A stretch of 64,000 bases of DNA, from positions 124,001-188,000 of the forward strand of contig JASVEC010000019.1 in assembly GCA_030770535.1 (NCBI GenBank). Direction: 5' to 3'. This DNA comes from Batkoa obscura (Eukaryota). The notes below the pieces were generated by a model. It had not been told where the DNA came from, ran no database searches, and saw only the letters and a program-made list of their open reading frames with translations. Position numbers and translations under genes: made by a program. This document shows positions 1 to 12,190 of this stretch, piece by piece. Within the stretch, counting starts at the first letter, position 1, and every line of letters starts with the position of its first letter.

Positions 1-183
1 CTTCCTCTTTACCATTAATCCTCTCCATTTGATTACATCATGAGCTATAATTTGGTCATATAACGTAGCACTATGCTCTATAAGTTTCTTACTTTCCTTT
101 TTAATATCTCCAAACTTGCTTTTTATTACATTCGTTGATAAAAATAATAATACGACTGTTCAAATATTTGTTTTATAAATCAT
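1..183 (-). other. Possible 5' part of a minus-strand gene or pseudogene running off the window
   Basis: ATG at 183 gives MIYKTNI*TVVLLFLSTNVIKSKFGDIKKESKKLIEHSATLYDQIIAHDVIKWRGLMVKRK. There is a TGA at codon 8, then 53 open codons to the edge. The stop could lie in an intron ending at ...gaacAG. Confidence 0.25.
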
Positions 184-777
184 ATTCATATTAATAGTAT
201 TTCTTTGTTCTGTTTTTATTCAAAACAAAATTTTAAATCAAAAATTCAAATGTTATGGCCTTATTACTAGTTAAAAATATATTTATTTATTTATATAAAA
301 TAATTTTTTTATATTTCAAAAGCGAGTAAGGTAAATAGGGGTACATATTCAAACTAAAGTGAGAATCGAATATTATAATCTAATATTTTTTTAACAAAAT
401 TAAGATTAGCATAAATCAAGCGAAAAAAATCAAGGTTCATATTGTAAATAGTAAATAGATTAATATATGTTGACCAAAATACTAAACAGTATGATCAATC
501 AGTAATTGCCTTATACTCAACTTTGAAGCTTTACACCTTAGTATATATCTCGAGTTTATATTAAAGCTAGCCCTTAACGGCTACTTGCTTCTAAAACAGG
601 TATTTGTAGCCCATAAGTTCTATAGTGATGACTACATCGCATAAAAGTGTTAGCACTACACCAGGATCATTAAGCCACTATATCAATAGCAATGACTCAG
701 AAACTACCTGATAAATATATTAGCAAATGGATTGCTAAATGAAAGTTTAAAACAATCCTAGGAACCTATCAATCATA

Positions 778-878
778 TGGAGGTATTTTTTTTGACTTCA
801 TTACTTTTTCCATTTTTTAAGCGCTATTTAAGCGGAAAAAATGTCAGTAAAATTCTTGAACACGAAAATACATCCACG
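778..878 (+). mobile_element. ~101-bp MITE family A copy
   Basis: TA-flanked TGGAGGTATTTTT...AAAATACATCCACG, with core gacttcattactttttccattttttaagcgctatttaagcggaaaa. Confidence 0.85.
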
Positions 879-1565
879 TATATTGATTCTATGACATAAA
901 TATGCTAATAACGCGCCAAAACGATTAAACTATTATAATAATACTAATGGCTCAGAAGCTACCATATAAATCAATAAGTAATAGGCCGCATATCAAAATT
1001 TTTTACAATAACTAATATAGCAAGTTATAAAAACTGAAAAACTTAAATAATATAGGTAAAGTTCAAAAAAATTGGTTGCTTAATTTTTTCATTTCTTAGC
1101 TATTTAAATTTCATGGTGAAGATTGAGCTAAAATTTACCAAATTAGACAATTTAAGTGATTAGTGTAATTTTGTTTTTTATTTAATGCTTACATATTTCA
1201 CAACAGTAGCAAGTGACTGGATTTTTAGCATCTTGTCATGAAATGTGAGTTTTCATAAAACAGATTTATGCAAAATGCTATAAAAATTAATAACAGTATG
1301 TTAATGTAATTTATGAATAAAGAAAAAATAGAGAATATAAAAACATCATTTTTAACTGACTTATATATTAATTTTGAATCTTGTTATCTTTAAATTACCC
1401 CCAATATTACATTTACTAGAAAAATAACCAAATCGTTTTGCAAATATCACAATCTAGTTTGATTTAATAAAATAAAATTAAACATTTATTTCTAAAATTA
1501 ATTTATTTTCAAAATCCAATCCTTCAATTTTATTTTTCGAACTTTGATAAACCTCACTCAAAAAA

Positions 1566-3318
1566 ATGCGAGACTTACCAGGCTTTTATTTCGACCCTGA
1601 AAGGAACCGATATTTCAAAATAACTCAAGGTGGCCCAACAAACATCTCAACAGCATCATCCTCAACTACTCGACAGTATCCTCAGTACACTGTCAATTCC
1701 ATCAAAAACTCAAAAAAAGCAAACAAAAAACAAAAGCTTGACATACTTCTTAGTAGAAAAAGACAACTAATTATAAAAGATAAATTGAATATACCATTTA
1801 ACAATGTATCTGGACTACAAGGTATACTTTGGGGTAGGAGGAAGATGGATGTTAAGATTAATGCAATAGGATTTAATGAACTGTTTTTGAAGCCTCAAAT
1901 GGGCTCGATGTTCAAAAAGAAAGTTAGTTTTCATGGGAATAATTTAGAAGCAAAATGTAGTTTGGTAACGATAAGATAGATTCACTATTTAAATACCTTG
2001 TGATAATAACGATTTTTTATTAGTCAGTTGGAAAATATGTTATTATTGGCACAGCGTCAGGAAAAGTGAAGTAGGGTTTTTGATTAGTTTTTTTATAGAC
2101 AGTGATTTATTGTTTAGAATTATCAAGTTTGATAATCCAAATATAGATTTAGAGAAAGAGACTAAAATAAACGTACAGTCGAATACACTTTATTCGGACT
2201 TGAGTCAGGTGATATTCTTTTGTTTTTTATAGTTAATTTATTAACATTCTTTTTAGATAACTAGTTTAAAATTAATAAAAAATAATTTAGCGTAAGGAAG
2301 ATGATGATTTAAGAAGTGGAAATACTTAATTTTAGTTGTTAGCTTTACAAGCCTTGGAGAAGCAAAAATAACGGGAAAGTTTCATTTGATTAAAGGATTT
2401 AATGATTTCATGACAGGACTAGGTAGCTATTAAATACATTTAAAGTTTTGTTATTATCTGGTAATAAACTTAATGGACTTTTTAGGTTCTATACAGCAAC
2501 CTTTTAGCTATAAAGATGATTCAAGTATTTGGTGTATGGAGGCAATAAATAACAATAACTTTATATTGGGATGCTCAAATGGCATTAAATTATTGGATTT
2601 GGATCATAGTATTACAAATCAAACAAAGTCACATAAAATTTCCAAAAAAGATACACGCAGTCTTTCTTTGTTAAATGATAATGTAAGTATCTATAATTAA
2701 TATAGTTCTTTTACTTAATTCTTTTAGCCCAGTTTGTTTTTATCGGGTAGTAGAGATGGGATAGTACATCTATACGATTTACGACAAAAAAAGAAAACAT
2801 TTAACAGAGGAATTATTAAATATGATCATTTAGTCAATCAAATTGAAAAATACAATACATATAATATATTATGTTCATCCGTAAAAAGTGGAGTAATTTA
2901 ATATATCTATTATTTATTATAATAATTCCAATTAATAATATACAATTAGATATTTATGCATGACTATAGAATGATCAAGGGTAATAATAGTGAATTGAAG
3001 ATTATTAAAGAATTTAACGGATATTCTAATGAGTATTTATACGATTTAAAATTTATGATTCATAAAGACACCAATACTTTAATTTGTGGTAAGTTAATAT
3101 AATATTGATATAACACTAATTAAATTATAGGTGGTACTGATAACAAATTGCGATTTTGGAGCTTAATAGATGAACTGTCAACAAGAGAGCCAATATGTGA
3201 ATTCAATGCTCCAGTAAAGCAATTGATTCCTTATGAATATTATAACTCTTTTAACCAGTGTAGTAAGCCTTCCTTTTTAGCCAATTATAATAACAATTGG
3301 GATTTGTTCAGCTTATAA
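1566..3318 (+). CDS. WD40 protein, DCAF4/WDR21-like (multi-exon)
   Basis: The N-terminus LPGFYFDPERNRYFKI is typical of DCAF4/WDR21. Spliced exons give WD motifs GSRDGIVHLYDLR and GGTDNKLRFWSL. Stop TAA at 3316-3318. Confidence 0.75.
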
Positions 3319-3498
3319 ACTATTTGACCTAGATAATAATCCGTTTAATTTATATATCAATAATAATTCTATTATTTATCAAATAAATAGAAAAAAATGA
3401 AATAAGATTAACAATTATTTATTTTTTATGTAAAGTAAAATATAATAGAAGCGATTATATTTGAAATAAAATTAATTAACTTAAGTTTTTATAAATTA

Positions 3499-4502
3499 TT
3501 ATAAAGTACACTCCAATCCAAAAGTAAGGTCGAAATAAGCTAAATGAGAATAAAGATTTAAATTCTTACTAGTATTTAAGCAATCAGGGTCTTCAAATCC
3601 ATTTATAGGATCTAAACTCAAATCGTTACACTCTTTCCAGGTATTGTTATTAAATAACAATATTTCGTGTGGATTATGATAAAATCCATTTTTACTTAAC
3701 GGTAAATGAGTTATAATATCATCCGTATTAGCAACTCGGAGTAAAGAATACTTATTATTGTCATTATCGTTATTCTTAAATGTCTTTGTAACAAGTTTAG
3801 CAAAGTTAAAGTCGCCTATCCTTGGTGCTCCAAAGGTATTGATAGTAATGGTATTATTCATCTTTAGATTCAATTTTAAATCTAACCCCATAAATGTACC
3901 TAAGGCACCACCAAGGGAATGACCTACTATTAATATTGATGCATCTTTATACTCCTCAGAGGTTAGTAATTCAGTGAGTTTGAGTAACATTGGTTTTTTT
4001 AATCGGTCATAGGCTTTTAAAAAACCATAATGGACTTTTGAATTTTCAAATGAATAATCCAATTTACTACCAACTAAATCAACCATTATTCCTTGAAAAT
4101 TTTGAGTCCTAAAAATATTATTAATCGTTAGCTATCATTCATTAAATTCTTGTTTATTTTAAAAATAATAAATGATAATACTTACCCTCTAAAAGCGATT
4201 ACTAACTGTTTTTCTTTTTTATTCTTATTTCCTATTTCTCCGATATAAGCTGAGGAGCCTAATAACCAATCTTCATAATACTTAATCAACCGAAACCCTT
4301 TAGTTATTGTTGAACATGGTTTACCACACTTCCATTTCAATAAAAGCCACTTTGGACAATATGCTGCATTAGCAAAGTAGGCACTTAAACGTAAGGTTTC
4401 GTTCAATGATTGAGTTTGAGTTTTGAAATTGACTTGTTTAAAGCACAGTGTTACGTTGATGATGAAAGTTGAAAAGGAGATAAATAAAATGAACAGTCTC
4501 AT
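3499..4502 (-). CDS. Secreted class-3 triacylglycerol lipase (2 exons)
   Basis: Signal peptide MRLFILFISFSTF. Motifs AAYC, VIAFRG|T, VHYGF, nucleophile GHSLGG, TFGAPRIG, DIITHLP and H-x-x-YF. Intron ~4109-4185. Confidence 0.92.
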
Positions 4503-4801
4503 AACTAATTTTTTAATTAAAGAGTATTGGTTTTTATTAGAGTTCAAAAAATAAAAATAAGTAAAAGCGAATGCTTAGCTTAAATTAAAAGGATGAGCCT
4601 AATTAATCAGTAACAATGACGCTATCAATAGTTGCTATATTTATTATAAAATTATGTTTTTTAAAGTATTAAAAATCAACAACTTGTTTGACATTTTAAT
4701 ACTAATCACAATTTAATTAATCCCAAAATTTCCCACTGTGAAAAACTCAAGCTCAAATCTAACCACTCACCTTTTTTTCATTTTAAAAATATAATTCGAA
4801 A

Positions 4802-7186
4802 ATGACCGAAAAGCCAGGACGTCCACCTAAAGTAAAGAATAAAAATGCTGCTGAGATCCAAATTACAGCCGAACAAATTTTACGTGAAGCTAAAGAACGT
4901 ACTGAAGGCATTCCAGTACCACCTAAACAAAAGATTACAGATCCAGAAGAATTGGCTGATTATAAACTTTCAAAACGTACTGGATTCGAAAACTCAATTA
5001 GAAAAAATAGATTGAATATTGGTTCTTGGATTCGTTATGCGGCTTGGGAAGAAAGTCAAAATGAATTGGCTAGGTAAGAAAATAAAGATTTTGGATTGTT
5101 AAAGATGATAACAAACTTTCTATTGAATAGAGCCCGTTCAGTTTATATTCGAGCTTTAGAAGTTGATGAAAGGAATGTAACGATTCGATTGAAATATTTG
5201 GAAATGGAGTTAAAAAACAAAAACATCAATTTAGCTAGAAATTTACTAGATGCTAGTACTACCATCCTTCCTAGAGTAGATCAGTTTTGGTAATTTTAGG
5301 AATAATTATTATTAATGAATTGTAGATTTAAAAGATTTTAATTTTTTTCATAACATTAGGTTTAAATACGTTCATATGGAGGAAATGTTAGATAATATAA
5401 TTGGAGCTAGAGCTATCTTTGAACGTTGGGTTAAATGGGAACCAGATGAGCCAGGATGGAATGCATATATTAAGTTTGAATTGAGGTATAATGAAATTTC
5501 AAATGCCAGAAATGTTTACCAACGTTTTGTGGAATGTCATCCATTAGCTAAAAATTGGATTAAGTGGGTTAAGTTTGAAGAAGATAATAACAATTTTGGT
5601 AATTTCAAATATCGAATGTCATTCGCTTTTTAATATTGTGTTTTTAGACATGGCAAGAGAAGTATATTCTAGCGCAATTGATTACTTTGGAGATGATATG
5701 ATTGAACCCAAAATCTTTTTATCATTTGCTAAATTTGAAGCTAGAATGAAGCAATATGAAAGAGCAAGAATACTGTTTAAATATGCATTAGATAGAGTAC
5801 CAAAATCGAAAGCAGATATATTGCATAAAGAATATGTATTATTTGAAAAAAGATATGGCAATGTAGAAGGAATCGAAAATTTAGTACTATCAAGGCGTCG
5901 TACACAGTATGAAAATGAAATTAAAGAAAATCCAAATAATTATGATATTTGGTTTGATTATTTAAGATTAGAAGAAGAAAATGGAGATATTGAGAAAATT
6001 CGAGAACTTTATGAAAGAGCCATAGCGCAAGTACCACCAGCACCGGAAAAAAGATTATGGAGAAGATATATTTATATTTGGATTTATTATGTATTATTTG
6101 AAGAATTATCAGCCAAGAATATTCCAAGGGCAAAAGAAGTCTACAAAGCATGTTTGGATTTAATCCCTCATAAAAAATTTACCTTTGCAAAAATTTGGTT
6201 AATGTATGCTCAATTTTTAATCCGTCACGAAGATTTGGTTCAAGCTAGAAAAACTTTGGGTAGAGCTATTGGCATGTGTCCAAAACCTAAATTATTCAAA
6301 GGGTATATTGAGCTAGAGATTGCCCTTAGAGAATTTGATCGTGTGAGAACTTTATATTCTAAATTCTTAGAATTTGAACCTAGTCTATGCTCCACTTGGA
6401 TTAATGCAACCGAATTAGAAAAAGGCTTATTAGATTTGGATCGCTGCAGAGCTATCTTTGAATTAGCTATCTCATTACCAAATTTAGATATGCCAGAATT
6501 ATTATGGAAAGCTTATATCGGTAAGTGAATTATGTATAATTCGTTCAAAATAATATATGTAATTTTAATTTTAGATTTTGAATTTGAAAATGAAGAGTTT
6601 GATAAAACTAGAAAGCTTTATGAACGTCTATTAGAAAAAACATCGCATGTCAAAGTAAGTTTTTTTGATTTTTTAATTGTATATTATTAACAATATTATT
6701 AACTTAGGTATGGATTTCATTTGCTCAATTTGAAGCATCAATTCCAGAAGATAAAGAAGAAAATGTGAACCATGTTGAAAAAACACGAGAGGTCTTTAAT
6801 AGAGCCTTTAAGGAATTGAAATCTCTTGGTTTGAAAGAAGAGGTAAAAAATTAACTTTCCAGCTTAATTCACAAATCCTCATATACTAACAACTCGTTTA
6901 GAGAGTCTTACTGTTAGAATCCTGGAAAGCATTTGAAAAAGAGAAGGGGACTTCGGAAAGTTTAGAAGCTGTAGTTAAGAAGACTCCAGAGATAGTGAAT
7001 AAAAGAAAATTAAATGAAAATGGAGAAATGGTGGAATACTTTGACTATATCTTCCCAGATGACCAAGCTCTTAAACCTCAATTTAATTTACTCGCTAAAG
7101 CTCATCAATGGTTTAATTCAAAGGAGAAAGAAGGGGATAATGAGGAGTCTAAGGAAACCGATGGAGACGATAAGGATGAGGAATAA
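4802..7186 (+). CDS. CLF1: Crooked-neck/Clf1 HAT-repeat splicing factor (NTC)
   Basis: [24 protein letters not shown] repeats, [26 protein letters not shown] and C-terminal [10 protein letters not shown]. Confidence 0.97.
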
Positions 7187-7668
7187 AAAAATTATATCTT
7201 CCAGATTTTTGGTTTTATTGAATGTTACGTGTTGGTTATGCTACAACTGCTTTTTTATATAAACCAATACTGTGATATTAATTTTAGTATAATGAAAATT
7301 AAAACGAATTTTTTATTTCAATATTTAACCATTTGTTTTTTTATTTTATACTGAACACAAAAGGGACAAAATTACAAATTAATCTTTTGAGTGTCGCTAA
7401 TTTTGAAAAAACACGGTTATAATGTCAATCCTTTGAAGTAAATTTGTCAAAGTAGATTCAACCAACAAAGTTCAAAATTTTAGCTGATTAGCTAATTTTT
7501 TATTAGCTGTAATTTTTGGACATTATCAATTAAATGTTTATTTAAACAGATAGATCAATCTATCTTAATCACTTAGTAGGCTAAGAGTCAAACTAGGCTT
7601 TAAACTTCAAGAGTTTAAAATTTACCTGAACCTTAAAAGATATAAAAATAAAATCTAAATTAAATAAA

Positions 7669-7768
7669 TGGCAGTGTTTTTTTGACTTCATTGTTTTTTC
7701 CATCTTTTAAGTGCTGTTTGAGTGGAAAAATTGTTAGTAAAATTCTCAAATGCAAAAATGCACCCCCA
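7669..7768 (+). mobile_element. MITE family A copy
   Basis: tggcagtgtttttttgacttcatt...aaaatgcaccccca. Confidence 0.8.
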
Positions 7769-7784
7769 TGTTGTAAAAAATATG

Positions 7785-7886
7785 ATATGATGTACTTTTG
7801 CATTTAAGAATTTTACTAACAACTTTTCTACTAAAATAGTGCTTGAAAGGTGAAAAAAATAATGAAGTCAAAAAAAAACACCCCCG
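7785..7886 (-). mobile_element. MITE family A copy (reverse, directly next to the previous copy)
   Basis: Reverse complement of the family core, ending aatgaagtcaaaaaaaaacacccccg|ta. Confidence 0.75.
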
Positions 7887-8134
7887 TATAACATTTTATC
7901 ATATGGGGTTGTCTTGATTGGTTTCAGAATTTACTTAAAAGAATCCAAATTTCAAATTTTTAAATTTATGTCTAATGTGATGGTTAAATCTAAAAAGCCT
8001 AAATTAAATTTCTATTTAAAACTTATTTTAATTGTTTCCTTTTGTTAAATAGCTAATTTTTCTACTTATATGTTTTATGTTATTTCTGTTAGATATTTAT
8101 TAAATATATAATATATAATTATATGATTATATAA

Positions 8135-8701
8135 TCTGAAATATCGCTTTGTCAGTCCCATGGTTAATTATAGTATAATAATCGTCTAAGCTGTTGTGTT
8201 CTCAAGTTCAGAGAAAATCGATCCCACATTCTTAGTTTGATTTGCTAAGAGAATTCCTAGCTTCATCCCAAAGAATATTATCTTCTTCCTTTGATACTTG
8301 CATTTGTCAGAGTATAAAAGAGATTTTAGAGTATGGGAGTGTTTTTCTTGATTTCATTATTTTTTCCATTTTTTAAGCACTATTTGAGTGGAAAGGTTGT
8401 TAGTAAAATTCTTAAACACAAAAAAACACCCCCGTATAGTAGTTCAAGGCTTTTTAACTGAATTATTCCGTGATATCTCGAACATTTAATAAAGCCACTA
8501 AGTTTTCTTAATATTATTTTACATAGATTTTACATTAGTATTGTCTATTCTATTTGTTTTACATAGTCTGTAACCTATTACATGCTATTCTTCATAATCC
8601 AAGCCTATCTTAGTCACATAAACTAAGGCCTTTCGACTTATAGTGTAGGCAACCCAGCAATAGCTATTTTTGACTCCAAACCCTGAGTATCAGATTTCAC
8701 A
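8135..8701 (+). mobile_element. Solo-LTR-like element, long variant carrying a nested MITE (567 bp)
   Basis: tctgaaatatcgctttgtcagtccc...gagtatcagatttcaca, with TATA-like tataaaag and aataaa. Homologous to five other copies. Confidence 0.8.
8334..8434 (+). mobile_element. MITE family A nested in the LTR
   Basis: agagTA[tggg...cccg]TAtagtag versus the empty site agagtataatag in other LTR copies. Confidence 0.9.
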
Positions 8702-8815
8702 CTACATTGTTATCCAGTATCTGATACATCAAAAAAAAAAAAGCGATATAGCTACAATTAGAGTTATAAAGTCTATAAAAAATAGAAAAATTAAAAGATC
8801 AATCCCGCTTACCTT

Positions 8816-9215
8816 TGTGAAATATCGCTTCGTCAGTCCCATGGTTAATTATTTTGATTTGTTATGAGAATTTCTAGTTCCACCCAAAAGAATATTATCT
8901 TCTCATTTTGATACTTATACTTTTCAGAGTATAAAAGAGTTTACAGAGTATAATAGTTCGAGGCTTTTTAACTGAATTAATCCCTGATATCTCGAACATT
9001 TAATAAAGCCACTAAGTTTTCTTAATATTATTTTACATAGATTTTACATTAGTATTGTCTATTCTATTTGTCTTATATAGCTTGTAACCTATTACGTGCT
9101 ATTCCTCATAATCCAAGTCTATCTTAGTTACATAAACTAAGACCTTTCGACTTATAGTGTAGTCAACCCAGCAATAGCTGTTCTTGACTCCAAACCCTGA
9201 GTACCAGATTTCACA
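8816..9215 (+). mobile_element. Solo-LTR-like element, short variant (400 bp)
   Basis: TGTGAAAT...ATTTCACA 8-bp terminal inverted repeat. Near-identical to 30344-30743. Confidence 0.85.
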
Positions 9216-9221
9216 GTAAGG

Positions 9222-9788
9222 TGTGAAATCTGGTACTCAGGGTTTGGAGTCAAGAACAGCTATTGCTGGGTTGCCTACACTATAAGTCGAAAGGCCTTAG
9301 TTTATGTGACTAAGATAGGCTTGGATTATGAGGAATAGCATGTAATAGGTTACAGACTATGTAAAACAAATAGAATAGACAATACTAATGTAAAATCTAT
9401 GTAAAATAATATTAAGAAAACTTAGTGGCTTTATTAAATGTTCGAGATATCACGGAATAATTCAGTTAAAAAGCCTTGAACTACTATACGGGGGTGTTTT
9501 TTTGTGTTTAAGAATTTTACTAACAACCTTTCCACTCAAATAGTGCTTAAAAAATGGAAAAAATAATGAAATCAAGAAAAACACTCCCATACTCTAAAAT
9601 CTCTTTTATACTCTGACAAATGCAAGTATCAAAGGAAGAAGATAATATTCTTTGGGATGAAGCTAGGAATTCTCTTAGCAAATCAAACTAAGAATGTGGG
9701 ATCGATTTTCTCTGAACTTGAGAACACAACAGCTTAGACGATTATTATACTATAATTAACCATGGGACTGACAAAGCGATATTTCACA
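9222..9788 (-). mobile_element. Solo-LTR-like element, long MITE-bearing variant, inverted (567 bp)
   Basis: Near-identical reverse complement of 8135-8701, including the nested MITE. Confidence 0.85.
9489..9589 (-). mobile_element. MITE family A nested in the inverted LTR
   Basis: Reverse complement of 8334-8434. Confidence 0.9.
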
Positions 9789-10154
9789 CTTATGAAGATA
9801 ACAGAGAATTTAAAATTTTCGATATTTACTAAGCAATTAAGTAGTTTGTTAAATGATAGAATAGATTATTAAATGTTAAGATTACTTGAGTTATTAATAG
9901 CTGAGTTAATAAATAGTCAAAGAACAAGTAATTGTAATAATATGTAAAAGCTATTATTACTTGTACTACATAGAGATGGTTAATTATAGTTTTGGGGCTA
10001 ACCACTCGTTCCCATGCAGCTATTTATTAACTTAGGAATATATCAATAATGTAATTATAATATTAAAATAATTTATTTATTTGATAACAAATCTGCAATG
10101 TTGGTTATAAAGCAGTTGATAATAAATATTTCTCAATAAAGTTTTATAAGAATA

Positions 10155-10253
10155 TGGGGATGTTTTTTTTGGTTTCATTATTTTTCCATTTCTTAAGCGC
10201 TATTTGAGTGGAAAGATGTTGGTAAAATTTTTAAACAAAAAAATACATCCCCA
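10155..10253 (+). mobile_element. MITE family A copy
   Basis: ta|tggggatgttttt...aaatacatcccca|ta. Confidence 0.88.
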
Positions 10254-11166
10254 TATGTATTTAAAATCTAGTAGAAATTCAACTAACTTACAGTATAAAT
10301 TATAATAGAATGATTTAGAACTGTGTCCGGGTGCTTTTGTTTTAATAAAAAATTTGTTTTTATAGAATTTTAGGCGAAGTTTTTAAAATACAAATTTTTT
10401 AAAAAATTGGATAAAATAATGAAACTAATTCAGACGACCCCATATAAAGATCTTTTGCATTTACTGCATTTTGTTTTATTTCCATAGGTGAACTTTAACA
10501 ATAGCAGTATAATTACTAATAATATGATAGTGAATAATAAAGTAAAGTATAGATTACTATATTGATTAGAAGTTTAATTAAATTCAAATAAAGCAATATA
10601 ATGGATTTATATAGTTTATATTTACTTTTATTTATACCCATTAAAGTAACATAAATTAAATTTTAACTGATTTAACTATTAAATTTAAAAATAAAATCCT
10701 CTATTTAACAAATATATCAACTTTGAACATTAGCTTTATTTTATCATCATGTTATTTTTACTGCTATGATAAAGTTGAACCTAATAAACATCAAATAATT
10801 AAAGTTTATACTATTATATTCATAAATGGGTAATTTGTAATTAACAGTTTCTTTGCTAAATTGCCAATAACTTGTAATTAAACCAACCATCTTTGGAATA
10901 AAATATTAAACTCTTAAACCTGATAACTTTAATATCCATTTTAAACCTATTGAAATTTTTAAATTTTTATTTTATTTTATTTTTATTCATAGCAAACAGA
11001 GACAACTTAAAATCCATAAAATATGAAGCATTTGAAATATAAAAAAATCATGCTTATTTGAGAGTTTATAATAATTAAAGTAAGCTATAATAGATAACAA
11101 ATGAAATATTATTCATTTTTAAAGTAAACCAAATAATAGTTTTAAATATATATATAACGCTAATTT

Positions 11167-12190
11167 TTAAATGGTTTCTTCTGGAAGTTCAAATTCATCA
11201 ATCTCTTTAAATAATTCCACTTTTTTCTCAATTTCTTCTTCAATCTAAAAATGAGATACATTAATATTTTTATGATAAATTTTAATATTTACTTACATTT
11301 TTTTCAACTTTGACTCGATTTTTTCCTTTTTTGTTTTTTGTACCATATGTATTTTCTATATCGGTTGGCCTTTTATTTGCATTGATTGAATTTACACTAG
11401 TGTTATTTGAATTAGCCTTCTTTTCCTCAGTTTCTTGTTTGATTCTTCTGCTTAGCCTTGTATTTTTAGCAATTGGTTGATTGTTCACATCTGATTTCTG
11501 TTGATTAGTACTAATTTCCAAACTACCAAAGCTACTATTTAAAGCTTCATCTTCTTGATTTTCTTGTTTATTAATAATATTTATTTCCTTCTTCACTTCA
11601 AATATATCATTATCTGGTCCAAAGACTTCCAAATAAGTATTAGCTCGTACTTTCTTTTCAGCAGCAAAAAATAAATTAGATAGATTCATACTTTTATCTT
11701 TATTTTTCGAGTCTTCTTCTTTTTTCATATCTATTGAATTCCTTCTAGTAGAACATCCAACTGCTACTTCTTCCAAAATATTAAAATCTTTATTTAAATC
11801 ATAATTCTCAAAATCGTAATTTTCAACATTTCCAACAACTCCATTTTTTATTGATAACTCTTCAATAATTGATAATGCTTTTGAAGATCCACTACGTACA
11901 CTATTTGTTCTTGAATATCTACCTTTATCTCCCAAAGAGCCTAATAAACTATCTAAAGATAAATCTCTTTCAGTACCTTCTTCTTCATAAATATGACCCC
12001 CTTCGGTAAATGTGCTGGGTGTTTCACAACCTTCTAATAAATCCTTATTCTTTAATTCTAGTTGACCAAATACGATGTCAGTATCTTGGCTACTATCATT
12101 TACTATTCCATTATGATTGTTTCCATTTGAATGTACTTGATTAACAGTAGTATCCGCGTGTTTGACTTTCTTCCTTAAATTTCTCTTCAT
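11167..12190 (-). CDS. Sororin/Sor1-like disordered cohesin regulator (2 exons)
   Basis: Intron 11245-11296 (GTAAGT...TAG) adds a terminal exon IEEEIEKKVELFKEIDEFELPEETI*, resembling the Sororin C-terminal motif. RYSR and TYG motifs lie in a low-complexity body. Confidence 0.55.

Noticed and set aside
5921..6151. Antisense or alternate-frame ORFs (also 7014-7262, 12639-12833, 18420-18695, 23557-23991, 24372-24569, 32162-32389, 50297-50536, 54690-54917, 58178-58435, 59385-59582)
   Set aside because: They are shadows of real genes or of low-complexity coding sequence, with no recognisable motifs.
8670..8867. Small ORFs overlapping repeats (also 47239-47496)
   Set aside because: They have non-ATG starts, span LTR or MITE junctions, and show no transposase or gag similarity.
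8135..9215. TRIM (two direct LTRs around a 114-bp interior)
   Set aside because: The LTRs are different variants (567 vs 400 bp). There is no TGG-starting PBS after the first, no polypurine tract before the second, and no shared outer TSD.
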